A stretch of DNA of 64,000 nt. Origin: an uncultured Gemmatimonadales bacterium. GTDB lineage: Bacteria; Gemmatimonadota; Gemmatimonadetes; Longimicrobiales; RSA9. The number at the start of each line of letters is the position of its first letter. Position 1 is the stretch's first letter. Below the pieces are notes generated by a model. That model saw only the letters and a list, made by a program, of their open reading frames with translations. It was not told the DNA's origin and made no database searches. The translations under genes were made by a program, and so were the position numbers. The DNA lies in NCBI GenBank assembly GCA_963708135.1, contig OY970192.1, forward strand, positions 3,936,001 through 4,000,000, written 5' to 3'. This document shows positions 11,636 through 20,038 of the stretch, piece by piece.

Positions 11636-13042
11636 TCAGGGCGGCAGCAGCCGCTCCGCATCGCGAGCGCGCTGGAGGAGCGGCGCGGCCACGGCGGCCA
11701 GCGGGCGGCCGGCGTCGAACGGGTCGCCGGGGGCGAGCACGTCGTGCGGCGTGTAGGTGCCCGCCGCCGGGTAGGCCACGACGAGGGCCACGTCGAGCGC
11801 GGCACTGTCGCCGGGTGCGAGCGTGAGCGGCCCCACGCTCAGGCTCATCCGGTAGTCGTTGGGCTGGTCCGGCACGTAGCCGACGCTCGGGCTGGTGTTG
11901 TCGGGCAGCAGCGTCTGCGTGCCGCTCATCATCTCCCACCCGAACGCCTCGTTCTGGTTGCCCGCGAACCAGTCCAGCGCGTGCGCCCCGATCTTGAGCG
12001 GCCACGAGTTCAGCACCATGTCCCCGACCCCGGCGGGCCCGCGCAGCAGGCGCAGCCCCACCAGGGCCGGCCGGGTCGAGTCGGCGTCGAACCCGAGCTC
12101 GAAGAAGTCCGAGTCGTAGGTGTAGACCAGGTTCATCCCGGGCGCGTAGCTCACCTGGTCGTCATCCGCCTCCCCGACGTCCGCGTCCATCCCGAACCCT
12201 ATGTACGCCTGCGTGTACGTGATCCCGCCCGCCGGCACCACCCGGTCGAACTGCCGGTAGCTCGCGCTCGCCGTGATGTTGCGGAACACCAGGTGGACCA
12301 GCAGGGCGCCATCGAGGTCGGAGCGCCCGGTGATCGTCTGGTCCACCGCGATCCCGCGCAGCGTGGACTGGTTGACGAAGTACGGCGACGGGCTGATCCA
12401 GGTGGTCCTGCGCACCACAAGGGCGCCGCCGTCCGAGCTCTCGCCCGTCGCCGGGCGGCCCAGCCAGTACGACGTCGGAAACTGCCCGTTGAAGGTGTAC
12501 ACACCGGCCGACACCGGCGCCGAGTCCGGCGCCGGCCGGGCGGCGAAGATCGCGGCCGCGCCGGCCGAGTAGCCGTTCGTCGATGAGGCCGGCCAGAGTA
12601 GCCCGGCCGTGGCGCCGGTGAGATAGAACGGCATGCCCGCCGGATCCGTCGTGAAGCGCAGCCCCGCCGCCTCGTGCAGCTTCGAGATGAACGCCAGGCA
12701 GTTCGGGTCCGCGCAGCGGGCGAGAAGCGGGAGCGTTATGGACGCGGGCGCGTCGCTCCCGAAGTTGAGGGTGATGTCGTAGCCGTAGGGGACGCCGTCG
12801 CGGACCGCGCTCACCCCGAGCGAGTGCGGGCCGCTCGGGATGCGCCGCACCGTGTCCGGCGTGGTCTGCCCCGTCTCCTGTCCATCGATCGTGACCGTTG
12901 CGCCCTCCGGATCGGTCGCGACGAAGATCTGCTGGCTCCCCTCCTCCGGGCCCGGGGCCGGCGGCCGCACGAGATCGGGTTGGCGGCAACCGGCCAGCGT
13001 CGCCGCCCCGAGCAGCAGCACCGCCTGCATTGCCTTCCGCAT
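11636..13042 (-). CDS. PEGA-domain lipoprotein
   Basis: LAGC lipobox; TDPEGATVTIDG..TGQTTP PEGA repeat, then a beta-rich domain. Confidence 0.75.
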   Translation of the reverse strand: MRKAMQAVLLLGAATLAGCRQPDLVRPPAPGPEEGSQQIFVATDPEGATVTIDGQETGQTTPDTVRRIPSGPHSLGVSAVRDGVPYGYDITLNFGSDAPASITLPLLARCADPNCLAFISKLHEAAGLRFTTDPAGMPFYLTGATAGLLWPASSTNGYSAGAAAIFAARPAPDSAPVSAGVYTFNGQFPTSYWLGRPATGESSDGGALVVRRTTWISPSPYFVNQSTLRGIAVDQTITGRSDLDGALLVHLVFRNITASASYRQFDRVVPAGGITYTQAYIGFGMDADVGEADDDQVSYAPGMNLVYTYDSDFFELGFDADSTRPALVGLRLLRGPAGVGDMVLNSWPLKIGAHALDWFAGNQNEAFGWEMMSGTQTLLPDNTSPSVGYVPDQPNDYRMSLSVGPLTLAPGDSAALDVALVVAYPAAGTYTPHDVLAPGDPFDAGRPLAAVAAPLLQRARDAERLLPP

Positions 13043-13157
13043 CGCGAGCTCCCTTCCGGCCGGTCACGCGCGGAGCACGTGGGTCCTCTGGCGTCGAGGG
13101 GCCGCGCCGCGCGACCCCTTCGATTCCTACACCACCACCGCCCGCGATGCTCCGGCC

Positions 13158-13460
13158 TCAGGTCCGCTCCGGCTCGTTCTCCTGGCCGGCGGAGGTCCAG
13201 TCCAGCACGACCTTCGCGCGCCGCGCGGACTCGAGCGCCTGCTCGAGCTCGTCCAGGACGTAGCGCGCGCGCCGCGTCCGGTGCTCCGGGGCGAGGCTGT
13301 CGCCCTCCATCTCCGAGACCGCCTCGATCACGTGGCAGGCGCGGCGGACGACCTCCCAGAGCTGCTGGCGGTCGAACCGGTCATCGCAGCGGTGCATCTT
13401 CTCATCGGCGGTACGGTCGATCTCCTGGACCACCAACTTGATCTGGTCACTGGCGAGCAT
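13158..13460 (-). CDS. hypothetical helical protein (100 aa)
   Basis: GGAGG RBS, protein-like composition; candidate sigma-54 element at 13513-13526. Confidence 0.65.
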   Translation of the reverse strand: MLASDQIKLVVQEIDRTADEKMHRCDDRFDRQQLWEVVRRACHVIEAVSEMEGDSLAPEHRTRRARYVLDELEQALESARRAKVVLDWTSAGQENEPERT

Positions 13461-13609
13461 TGCTGGCCTCCGTGGCGCTGCGGTCATGCGAGCAGGATGC
13501 GTCAGCCATGATGCAAGCCGCGCTCCGCCCCGCGGCCCGGAAGGGGCGTGCGCGAGTCGGAGCGCGCCAGCCCCGGCGCCCGGCACCTGCCGGGGCGCGG
13601 GGCTTCGGC

Positions 13610-15367
13610 CTACTTGACGCCCATGGTCAGCTTCCGGGCCCACGGGCTCACCACGAGCGCGAGCACGCCCGCGCCGCCGGCGAAGATCGCGACACCTCGG
13701 AACAGCGCCGCCGGCGCCAGAGTGGCGAGGCTGCCCGCCATCAATCCAGCAAAGACCTCGCCCAGCGCCGTGGCGATGAACCAGACGCCCATCATCTGAC
13801 CGACACGGCCCGCCGGCGCCAGCTTCGTCATGGACGAAAGCCCGACCGGCGAGAGCGAGAGCTCGCCGCACGTGTGCAGGAAGTACGTCACGACCAGCCA
13901 GGCGACGGAGACGCGAGCCCCGTTCGTCGCGTACGCCGCCCCCCACGACAGCACGAAGAACCCGGCGGCCACCCCCAGCAGGCCGAGCCCGAACTTCGCC
14001 GGGATCGATGGGTTGGCGTTGCGCGCGGCCAGCCACGTCCACAGCCAGCCGAACACCGGCGCCATCACGATGATGAAGAACGGGTTCACGTTCTGCAGCC
14101 ATGTGGCGGGCATCTCCCAGCCGAAGAACGTGCGGTCCGTCAGCTTCTCGGCGAACAGGTTCATGGACGAGCCGGCCTGCTCGAACCCCGCCCAGAAGAT
14201 CGCCGCCAGCAGAAACAGCCAGAAGATCAGCATCAGCCGCTTCTTCTCCACCGTCACCCGCTGGGCGCGCGTGGCCAGCACCCCCAGGTTCAACACCACG
14301 AACGCGCCCAGGGTCGCCACGATCGCCCACTGCCCGCCCACCACCGCCCCGCCCGACGTCGAGGTGAAGACGAAGCTCAGGGCCACGAAGAGCGCCAGCA
14401 TCGCCGCCGCCCAGCGCGCGTCGTAGATGAGCCAGCTGAAGAACAGGATCGTCACCAGCAGGATCGAGTAGCCCACCCATGTAACGAACGCGTCCAGCGT
14501 GATCGGAAGCACCCCCGTCACCGTCAGCCAGACGAACAGCGCCGACACCGCCGCGATCCCGGCGGCGGTCAGGTAGAAGCGCTGCGTGCGCCGGTTCATC
14601 GCCTCGCTGCCCCTCTCACCCTCCGCCAGCAGTCCGGCACTGCCCAGGTACCGCGCCCCCCAGCGGTACTGCGCCAGCCCCAGCAGCATCCCGAACCCCG
14701 CCGCGGAGAAGCCCCAGTGCCAGTTCACCTTCTCGCCCAGCGTGCCGCAGATGAACGGGCCCAGCAGCGCCCCCACGTTGATCCCCATGTAGAATACCGA
14801 GAACGCCGCATCCCGCCGCGCGCCCCAGGACCGCGCCACGGCCTCCGACTCGATGTTCGCCGGCCGCGGGTACAGCTCCCCCACCATGGTGCTCACGTTC
14901 GGCTTGAGCAGCCCCGTGCCGATCACGATGAAGAACAGCCCCAGGAAGAACGTCGGCACCGTCGGCAGCCCGATGAGCGGCGCCGCCAGCGTGAAGTGCC
15001 CGAGAGCGATGATGCACCCGCCCACGAAGACCGCCCGCCGCTGCCCCCACAGCTTGTCCGCCACCCAACCGCCCGGCAGCGACAGGAGATAGACCATGGA
15101 CATGTACAGGCCGTAGATCGCGCTCGCCTTCCGCACGCCGAACGCCAGCCCCGGGTTCGCCCCCGCCGCCGCCGCCGTCATGAAGAGGATCAGCAGCGCC
15201 CGCATCCCGTAGAACGAGAAGCGCTCCCACATCTCCGTGAAGAACAGCACGCGGAGTCCGCGCGGATGCCCGAAGAAGCCCCGGTCGAGCGCCGCGCTGT
15301 CGGTGCCCGGCGCCGCCAGCGTTGGCGAGCCGCCGCCGGACACCTCGGTCATTGGGTCTTTGGCCAT
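13610..15367 (-). CDS. POT/PTR-family proton-dependent oligopeptide transporter
   Basis: FGHPRGL, EMWERFSFYG, FYMGINVG, ELSLSPVG motifs. Confidence 0.95.
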   Translation of the reverse strand: MAKDPMTEVSGGGSPTLAAPGTDSAALDRGFFGHPRGLRVLFFTEMWERFSFYGMRALLILFMTAAAAGANPGLAFGVRKASAIYGLYMSMVYLLSLPGGWVADKLWGQRRAVFVGGCIIALGHFTLAAPLIGLPTVPTFFLGLFFIVIGTGLLKPNVSTMVGELYPRPANIESEAVARSWGARRDAAFSVFYMGINVGALLGPFICGTLGEKVNWHWGFSAAGFGMLLGLAQYRWGARYLGSAGLLAEGERGSEAMNRRTQRFYLTAAGIAAVSALFVWLTVTGVLPITLDAFVTWVGYSILLVTILFFSWLIYDARWAAAMLALFVALSFVFTSTSGGAVVGGQWAIVATLGAFVVLNLGVLATRAQRVTVEKKRLMLIFWLFLLAAIFWAGFEQAGSSMNLFAEKLTDRTFFGWEMPATWLQNVNPFFIIVMAPVFGWLWTWLAARNANPSIPAKFGLGLLGVAAGFFVLSWGAAYATNGARVSVAWLVVTYFLHTCGELSLSPVGLSSMTKLAPAGRVGQMMGVWFIATALGEVFAGLMAGSLATLAPAALFRGVAIFAGGAGVLALVVSPWARKLTMGVK

Positions 15368-15702
15368 GGAGGGTCCACTTCGCGAGTGTCGGGGGACCAC
15401 GGCCGCCCGTGGGCGGCGGCGCGGCCGGTCGGCGCTCCCCGCGCGGGCGAGGGGCCTCGCCGGCGGGGCACGGACCTGAGGACCGCCCAATCTAAAGCGG
15501 ACCTCCGCCCCGGCGCCACTCACCCGCCGACGCCCCAGCGACTTACAGTCCGCACCGTCCTCCCCGCGTCGGGCGGAGTCGGCGGGCGGGCTCGGCGGGG
15601 CGGCTTCGAGGCGGCCCGAGGCCTGAGGTGTCGTGCCCATCCCGCCATGGCTCCGCCCGGATCGCCGCGGCACCTTGGAACCGCACGGCGCACGGAGGGC
15701 GC

Positions 15703-16857
15703 ATGGATCCGTTCGGTCAGCTGCTCGGGGAAAGCGATGCCGCGGAGGCGGCGCGCCGGTTCGGCCGCCTCGCGGCCGGCGTGGATGCGCCGGTCCTGCT
15801 CACGGGCGAGAGTGGAACCGGGAAGGGGCTGCTCGCGCGCGCGATCCACGCGGCGTCCGGCCGCCATCGCGGGCCTTTCGTCGCCATCAACTGCGCCGGC
15901 GTGCCGGAGACCCTCTTCGAGAGCCAGTTCTTCGGCCACGACCGCGGCGCCTTCACCGGCGCCCAGCAGCAGCACCGCGGCCTCTTCGAGCAGGCGCATC
16001 GCGGCACGCTGTTTCTCGACGAGATCGGCGAGCTCGCCCCGACGCTCCAGGCCAAGCTCCTCACCGCCCTCGAGGATGGCGAGATCCGACGCGTCGGCGG
16101 CGAGGTCACCATCCGCGTGGACGCCCGCGTCGTCGCCGCCACGGGCCGCGACCTCGAGGCCGCCGTCGCCTCCGGCACCTTCCGCCGCGACCTGTTCCAC
16201 CGCCTGCACGTCCTCTCCTTCCGCCTGCCGGCCCTGCGCGAGCGCGCGACCGACCTCGACCTCCTCATCGCCCACTACCTCGACCATTACCGCGGCCGCT
16301 ACGGCCGCGCCGGCGTCCGCTTCGAGCCCGCCGCCCTCGACCGCCTGCGCCGCTATCCGTGGCCCGGCAACGTCCGCGAGCTCGCCCACGCCGTCGAGGC
16401 CGCCCTCCTGCGCGCCACCGACGGCCGCATCGGCATGGACGCGCTCCCCGCCGCGCTCCGGGGCCGCGGCTGGCGGGGCGAGCCTCGTCCCGTCCCTGCC
16501 CCGCGTGCCGAACCGGCGGGCGGGCGGCCGACGACCGGCAACGGCGCGGCCGCGCACGCTCCGAACGGCCGTGTGGACCGGGTCGCGGAAGGGAACGGCC
16601 ACGCCGCACTCCATCCGGCCAATGATCCCGGCGCCGGCAGGTACCTCCCCGACGCGAACGGCTCCGTCGCCGGCACCCCGGCCGCCCCGGACGCCCGGCG
16701 CCGCTACTCCTTCTGGGGCTCCGCCGAGGAAGAGCGCCGCCGGATCCTCGACACGCTCCGCCTCTGCCACGGCAACAAGACCCGCGCCGCTGCCGCCCTC
16801 GGCATGTCGCGCAACACCCTCCGCGCCCGGCTCCGCGCCTGGGGCGCGGCCGACTGA
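15703..16857 (+). CDS. sigma-54-dependent enhancer-binding protein (AAA+ plus Fis HTH, no N-terminal sensory domain)
   Basis: GESGTGKG, GAFTGA, LFLDEIGE, FRRDLFHRL, WPGNVREL, GNKTRAAAALGMSRNTL; GGAGG RBS before ATG 15703. Confidence 0.93.
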   Translation: MDPFGQLLGESDAAEAARRFGRLAAGVDAPVLLTGESGTGKGLLARAIHAASGRHRGPFVAINCAGVPETLFESQFFGHDRGAFTGAQQQHRGLFEQAHRGTLFLDEIGELAPTLQAKLLTALEDGEIRRVGGEVTIRVDARVVAATGRDLEAAVASGTFRRDLFHRLHVLSFRLPALRERATDLDLLIAHYLDHYRGRYGRAGVRFEPAALDRLRRYPWPGNVRELAHAVEAALLRATDGRIGMDALPAALRGRGWRGEPRPVPAPRAEPAGGRPTTGNGAAAHAPNGRVDRVAEGNGHAALHPANDPGAGRYLPDANGSVAGTPAAPDARRRYSFWGSAEEERRRILDTLRLCHGNKTRAAAALGMSRNTLRARLRAWGAAD

Positions 16858-17018
16858 TCCGGCCGGTCCAGCCATTCCGCCGCCCCGTCCGCGCACCCGT
16901 CCGGCGCCCGGTCGCCGGTCACGCGCGCCTGCTTCCGGTCAGAGGCTCCGTGGGCGGCGAGGCGCCGGCGCGTCCATACACATATGTCTGATAACGACTT
17001 GCGACCATCACGCCGCAC

Positions 17019-17032
17019 GGTACGCATGGTGC
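17019..17032 (+). promoter_or_regulatory. sigma-54 -24/-12 promoter of the peptide operon
   Basis: CGG-TACGCATGGT-GC with exact spacing, about 45 nt before peptide A; AT-rich IHF-like TGATAACGACTTG just upstream. Confidence 0.6.
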
Positions 17033-17078
17033 CCATCGCCCCGGCGCCCCGCCACCCCACTCGAACAGGAGGTGCACC

Positions 17079-17264
17079 ATGCGGAACGATCCGATCAGCC
17101 TCGCAACGATCCCGCCCGCGGACCTCGCCGCCATCGCCGGCGGCGAGGACGGCGGCTGGCTCCAGACCGTCGCCTACTACATCGGGTACGCCGTCGGCGC
17201 CACCGTCGCCATGGCGGAAACCCAGCCGCCCGCGTCGTACTCCTACGCCAAGGTCGGATACTGA
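17079..17264 (+). CDS. double-glycine leader precursor peptide A (61 aa)
   Basis: AGGAGG RBS; leader ...IPPADLAAIAGG | core EDGGWLQTVAYYIGYAVGATVAMAETQPPASYSYAKVGY. Confidence 0.85.
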   Translation: MRNDPISLATIPPADLAAIAGGEDGGWLQTVAYYIGYAVGATVAMAETQPPASYSYAKVGY

Positions 17265-17305
17265 TCTCCGACCCCGACCATCACCACGCAAGACGGGAGG
17301 ATCCC

Positions 17306-17500
17306 ATGTTCGCAACGCAGCAGGCGGCCGCCCGCGGCGGCCTGATCGTCGATCTCTCGCCGTCCGAGCAGGCCTCCATTCTCGGGGGGGACTCCATCTG
17401 GGAGATCCTGCTCAAGGCGGTCGTCAACTACGTCGTCGATCACTCCGACGAGGCCGTCAACGGCTTCATCCAGGGCTACCAGGACGGCTACGCCGGGTAA
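17306..17500 (+). CDS. double-glycine leader precursor peptide B (64 aa)
   Basis: GGAGG RBS; leader ...DLSPSEQASILGG | core DSIWEILLKAVVNYVVDHSDEAVNGFIQGYQDGYAG; buried at the end of shadow ORF 13460-17500. Confidence 0.88.
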   Translation: MFATQQAAARGGLIVDLSPSEQASILGGDSIWEILLKAVVNYVVDHSDEAVNGFIQGYQDGYAG

Positions 17501-17634
17501 CGGACCCTTTCGGCCGGGCGGCTCCGGGCGGCCGGCGGGGGCCCGGAGCCGTCTCGGCCGGACACGTTCCCGCGCCGGGGCCCGGCTCCGATCCGGCCTG
17601 GCGAAGCAGCTCACCACTCGAAACGGAGGATCCC

Positions 17635-17826
17635 ATGCGCGCAACGCAGCCGAGGGCCGCCCATGGCGGCCGACTGGTCGATCTGCCGCCGGCCGAGGCG
17701 GCATCCATCGCCGGTGGTGACAACATCTTTGATCAGATCATTCCGACCGGCACCACCGAGCTCAAGCTCATCGAGCAGGTCGTCAACGGCTTCATCGCGG
17801 GGTTCAAAGCCGGTTATGCCGGCTGA
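17635..17826 (+). CDS. double-glycine leader precursor peptide C (63 aa)
   Basis: GGAGG RBS; leader ...DLPPAEAASIAGG | core DNIFDQIIPTGTTELKLIEQVVNGFIAGFKAGYAG; paralog of B. Confidence 0.88.
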   Translation: MRATQPRAAHGGRLVDLPPAEAASIAGGDNIFDQIIPTGTTELKLIEQVVNGFIAGFKAGYAG

Positions 17827-17970
17827 ACCTCTCGGACCGGCCGATTCCGCTATGGCCGCGCCCGCGGCGGCACCGCACCGTTGCACCAGCTGCCGCGGGC
17901 ACCCCCCCCGCGCCGGCGTGGCATTCGGCCGCACCTTCCACCTAGCGTCGCGATGGCGAGAGGAGACTCC

Positions 17971-18831
17971 ATGAGCATCCGCACGGCGGGACCGGCATTG
18001 CGCCAGGAAGCAGCCTGGCTGGCGAAGGCGGCGTTCGCGTGGACCGCCTGGTCGCTGGCGCTCGTCCTGCCGCTCGGTCGCAGGCCGCTGGTCGGCGTTC
18101 CGCTCGCCGGGCTCGCGCTCGTGGGCTTCCTCTGGTACAACCTGCGGCGGCGGGCGGGAACCCGGTGGGACCCGCCGCGGCGGCGCTTGCCGTGGGCCGT
18201 CTGGCGCCTCCTCGCCGTGCTCGCCATCGGGCTGGTGCCGTGGTTCCTCGCAACGCAGACGCTCTATTCCTCGCTCCGCGGCCCCCTTCCTGTCGACGGG
18301 CCTGATTTCCTTCACTTTGCCCACAAGTCCGTCGGAGGGTTGACTGCTGCCTACATCCTGATTGTCGTCATGCCACTCCTCGAGGAGTTCGGCTTCCGGG
18401 GGTGGCTCCAGGCATCGCTCCAGCAGCGCCTCGGCCCCGCCCTGGCCATCCCCATCGCCTCCGCGATGTGGGCGATTGCCCACGGCACCGCGGTCTTCGT
18501 TCCGGTCTTCCTGCTCGGCCTCGTGATCGGGTCGGTCATGTGGATCACGGGCTCCGTCTGGCCGTGCTTCCTCATCCACGCCCTGCACAATGCCATGGCC
18601 GTCATTCCCGACTCGATCGGCTCCGGAGCCTCGCGCGCGCTCGAGCCGCTGCTCGGTCCCGGGGCAGGCCCCGCGCGCCAGGCCATCTCCCTCGTGGTAT
18701 TGACGATCGCGCTCGGCGTCCTGCTTGCGCCGATCGTGCGCCTGTGCCGCGCCATTCCGGCGGAGCCGCACGTGCGGCCGGAGCTGCCAAGCCGCCTGGA
18801 CCGCGCGAACGCACCCCCCGCGCAAGCCTGA
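17971..18831 (+). CDS. CPBP (Abi/CAAX type II) intramembrane metalloprotease
   Basis: EEFGFRG, WAIAH and HALHN motifs, multiple TM helices; AGGAG RBS. Confidence 0.88.
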   Translation: MSIRTAGPALRQEAAWLAKAAFAWTAWSLALVLPLGRRPLVGVPLAGLALVGFLWYNLRRRAGTRWDPPRRRLPWAVWRLLAVLAIGLVPWFLATQTLYSSLRGPLPVDGPDFLHFAHKSVGGLTAAYILIVVMPLLEEFGFRGWLQASLQQRLGPALAIPIASAMWAIAHGTAVFVPVFLLGLVIGSVMWITGSVWPCFLIHALHNAMAVIPDSIGSGASRALEPLLGPGAGPARQAISLVVLTIALGVLLAPIVRLCRAIPAEPHVRPELPSRLDRANAPPAQA

Positions 18832-18834
18832 CCA

Positions 18835-20037
18835 ATGGACGCCGGGTTGGCCGCGCCGGAGCTTCCCACGCTTGACCTCGACGGCTCCGTGGACTTCTAC
18901 CTCGCGCGCACCGCGCCCCGGTCGCGCCCAGCGTTCCTGCCCCTCCTTCTCGCCATCGGCCTCGCGCTGGCGTTGCTCCCGGTCGTGCAGGTGACGGTGA
19001 CCGTCTCCGCACCAGGCGTACTGCGCCCGCAGACGGAGCGGCACGACGTGCTGGCGGGCGTGGCCGGCGTCGTCGCGGCGGTGCCGGTCCGGGACGGTCG
19101 GGCCGTGACGGCGGGCGAGCTCCTCGTGGCGCTCGCACCCGGCGCCCTCGAGGCGCGCAGCCGGGCGGCCGCGGCCGAGCTCGATGCGGCCCACGTACGC
19201 GCCGCGGACCTCCAGGCGCTCGTGACCGCCGGCCCCGAGCACGCCTCGCTCCGGACAGGCGAGCTCGTCGAGTCGGCGCTGCGGGCCTCCCGCGAGCGTG
19301 CGGACCGTCGTCTCGCGGCCGCGAGCGCCGAGCGCGCTCTGGGGCGCTTGCGCCGCCTCGATGCCCGGGGTCTCGCGGCGCCCGCCGAACTCGAGGACGC
19401 CACCACGCGGGCGGCCCAAGCGCGCGCCACGGTGGATGCGCTCGTCGCCAGCCAGACCGCCGATTGGCAGGCCGAGCTCGCGCGCTCGAGCGAGCAGGTC
19501 CGCTCCGCGCTGGCCAATGTGGCCGCGGTGCAGGAGGAACGGGCCGGGCAGCTGATCCGCGCGCCGATCGGCGGGACGATCGAGATCCTGACGCCGCTCT
19601 CGCCGGGAAGCTTTGTGGCGGCCGGTCAGCGCATCGCGGTGGTTTCCCCGGCGGGGCCGGTGATCGCGGAGGCGTACGTCTCTCCCAGCGACGTCGGACT
19701 GCTCGAGCCGGGCGCGCCCGTCCGGCTCCTGGTGGACGCCTTCGACCACACGCGCTGGGGGGCGCTCGCGGGCCGGGTCTCCACCATCGCGGATGATGCC
19801 GCCATCGTGGATGGTCGCGCCAAGTTCCGCATTCGCTGCGTTCTCGACCATCAGCGGCTGCGCCGTCCCGGCGGCGGCGTCGGCATCCTGCGGAAGGGAA
19901 TGACGTTCCAGGCCCGCTTCCCCGTCGGCCGCCGCTCGCTGTTCTCGCTGCTCCAGGGCCGCCTCGATCGCTGGATCGATCGCCGCGAAGGCGACGCGCT
20001 GCCCCGAGCAGCCGACGAGCAGCAACCCGGAACCTGA
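18835..20037 (+). CDS. HlyD-family type I secretion adaptor
   Basis: TM anchor, lipoyl halves, coiled coil, IRAPIGG, DAFDHTRWG.L.GRV, LRKGMT. Confidence 0.92.
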   Translation: MDAGLAAPELPTLDLDGSVDFYLARTAPRSRPAFLPLLLAIGLALALLPVVQVTVTVSAPGVLRPQTERHDVLAGVAGVVAAVPVRDGRAVTAGELLVALAPGALEARSRAAAAELDAAHVRAADLQALVTAGPEHASLRTGELVESALRASRERADRRLAAASAERALGRLRRLDARGLAAPAELEDATTRAAQARATVDALVASQTADWQAELARSSEQVRSALANVAAVQEERAGQLIRAPIGGTIEILTPLSPGSFVAAGQRIAVVSPAGPVIAEAYVSPSDVGLLEPGAPVRLLVDAFDHTRWGALAGRVSTIADDAAIVDGRAKFRIRCVLDHQRLRRPGGGVGILRKGMTFQARFPVGRRSLFSLLQGRLDRWIDRREGDALPRAADEQQPGT

Positions 20038-20038
20038 C

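Noticed and set aside
13460..17500. 1346-aa plus-strand ORF
   Set aside because: Shadow ORF: antisense to the POT transporter and off-frame over the bEBP. Only its last 64 aa (peptide B) look real.
17860..17935. Sigma-54-like motifs before the CPBP gene
   Set aside because: GG-to-GC spacings are 11 and 14 rather than the required 12.
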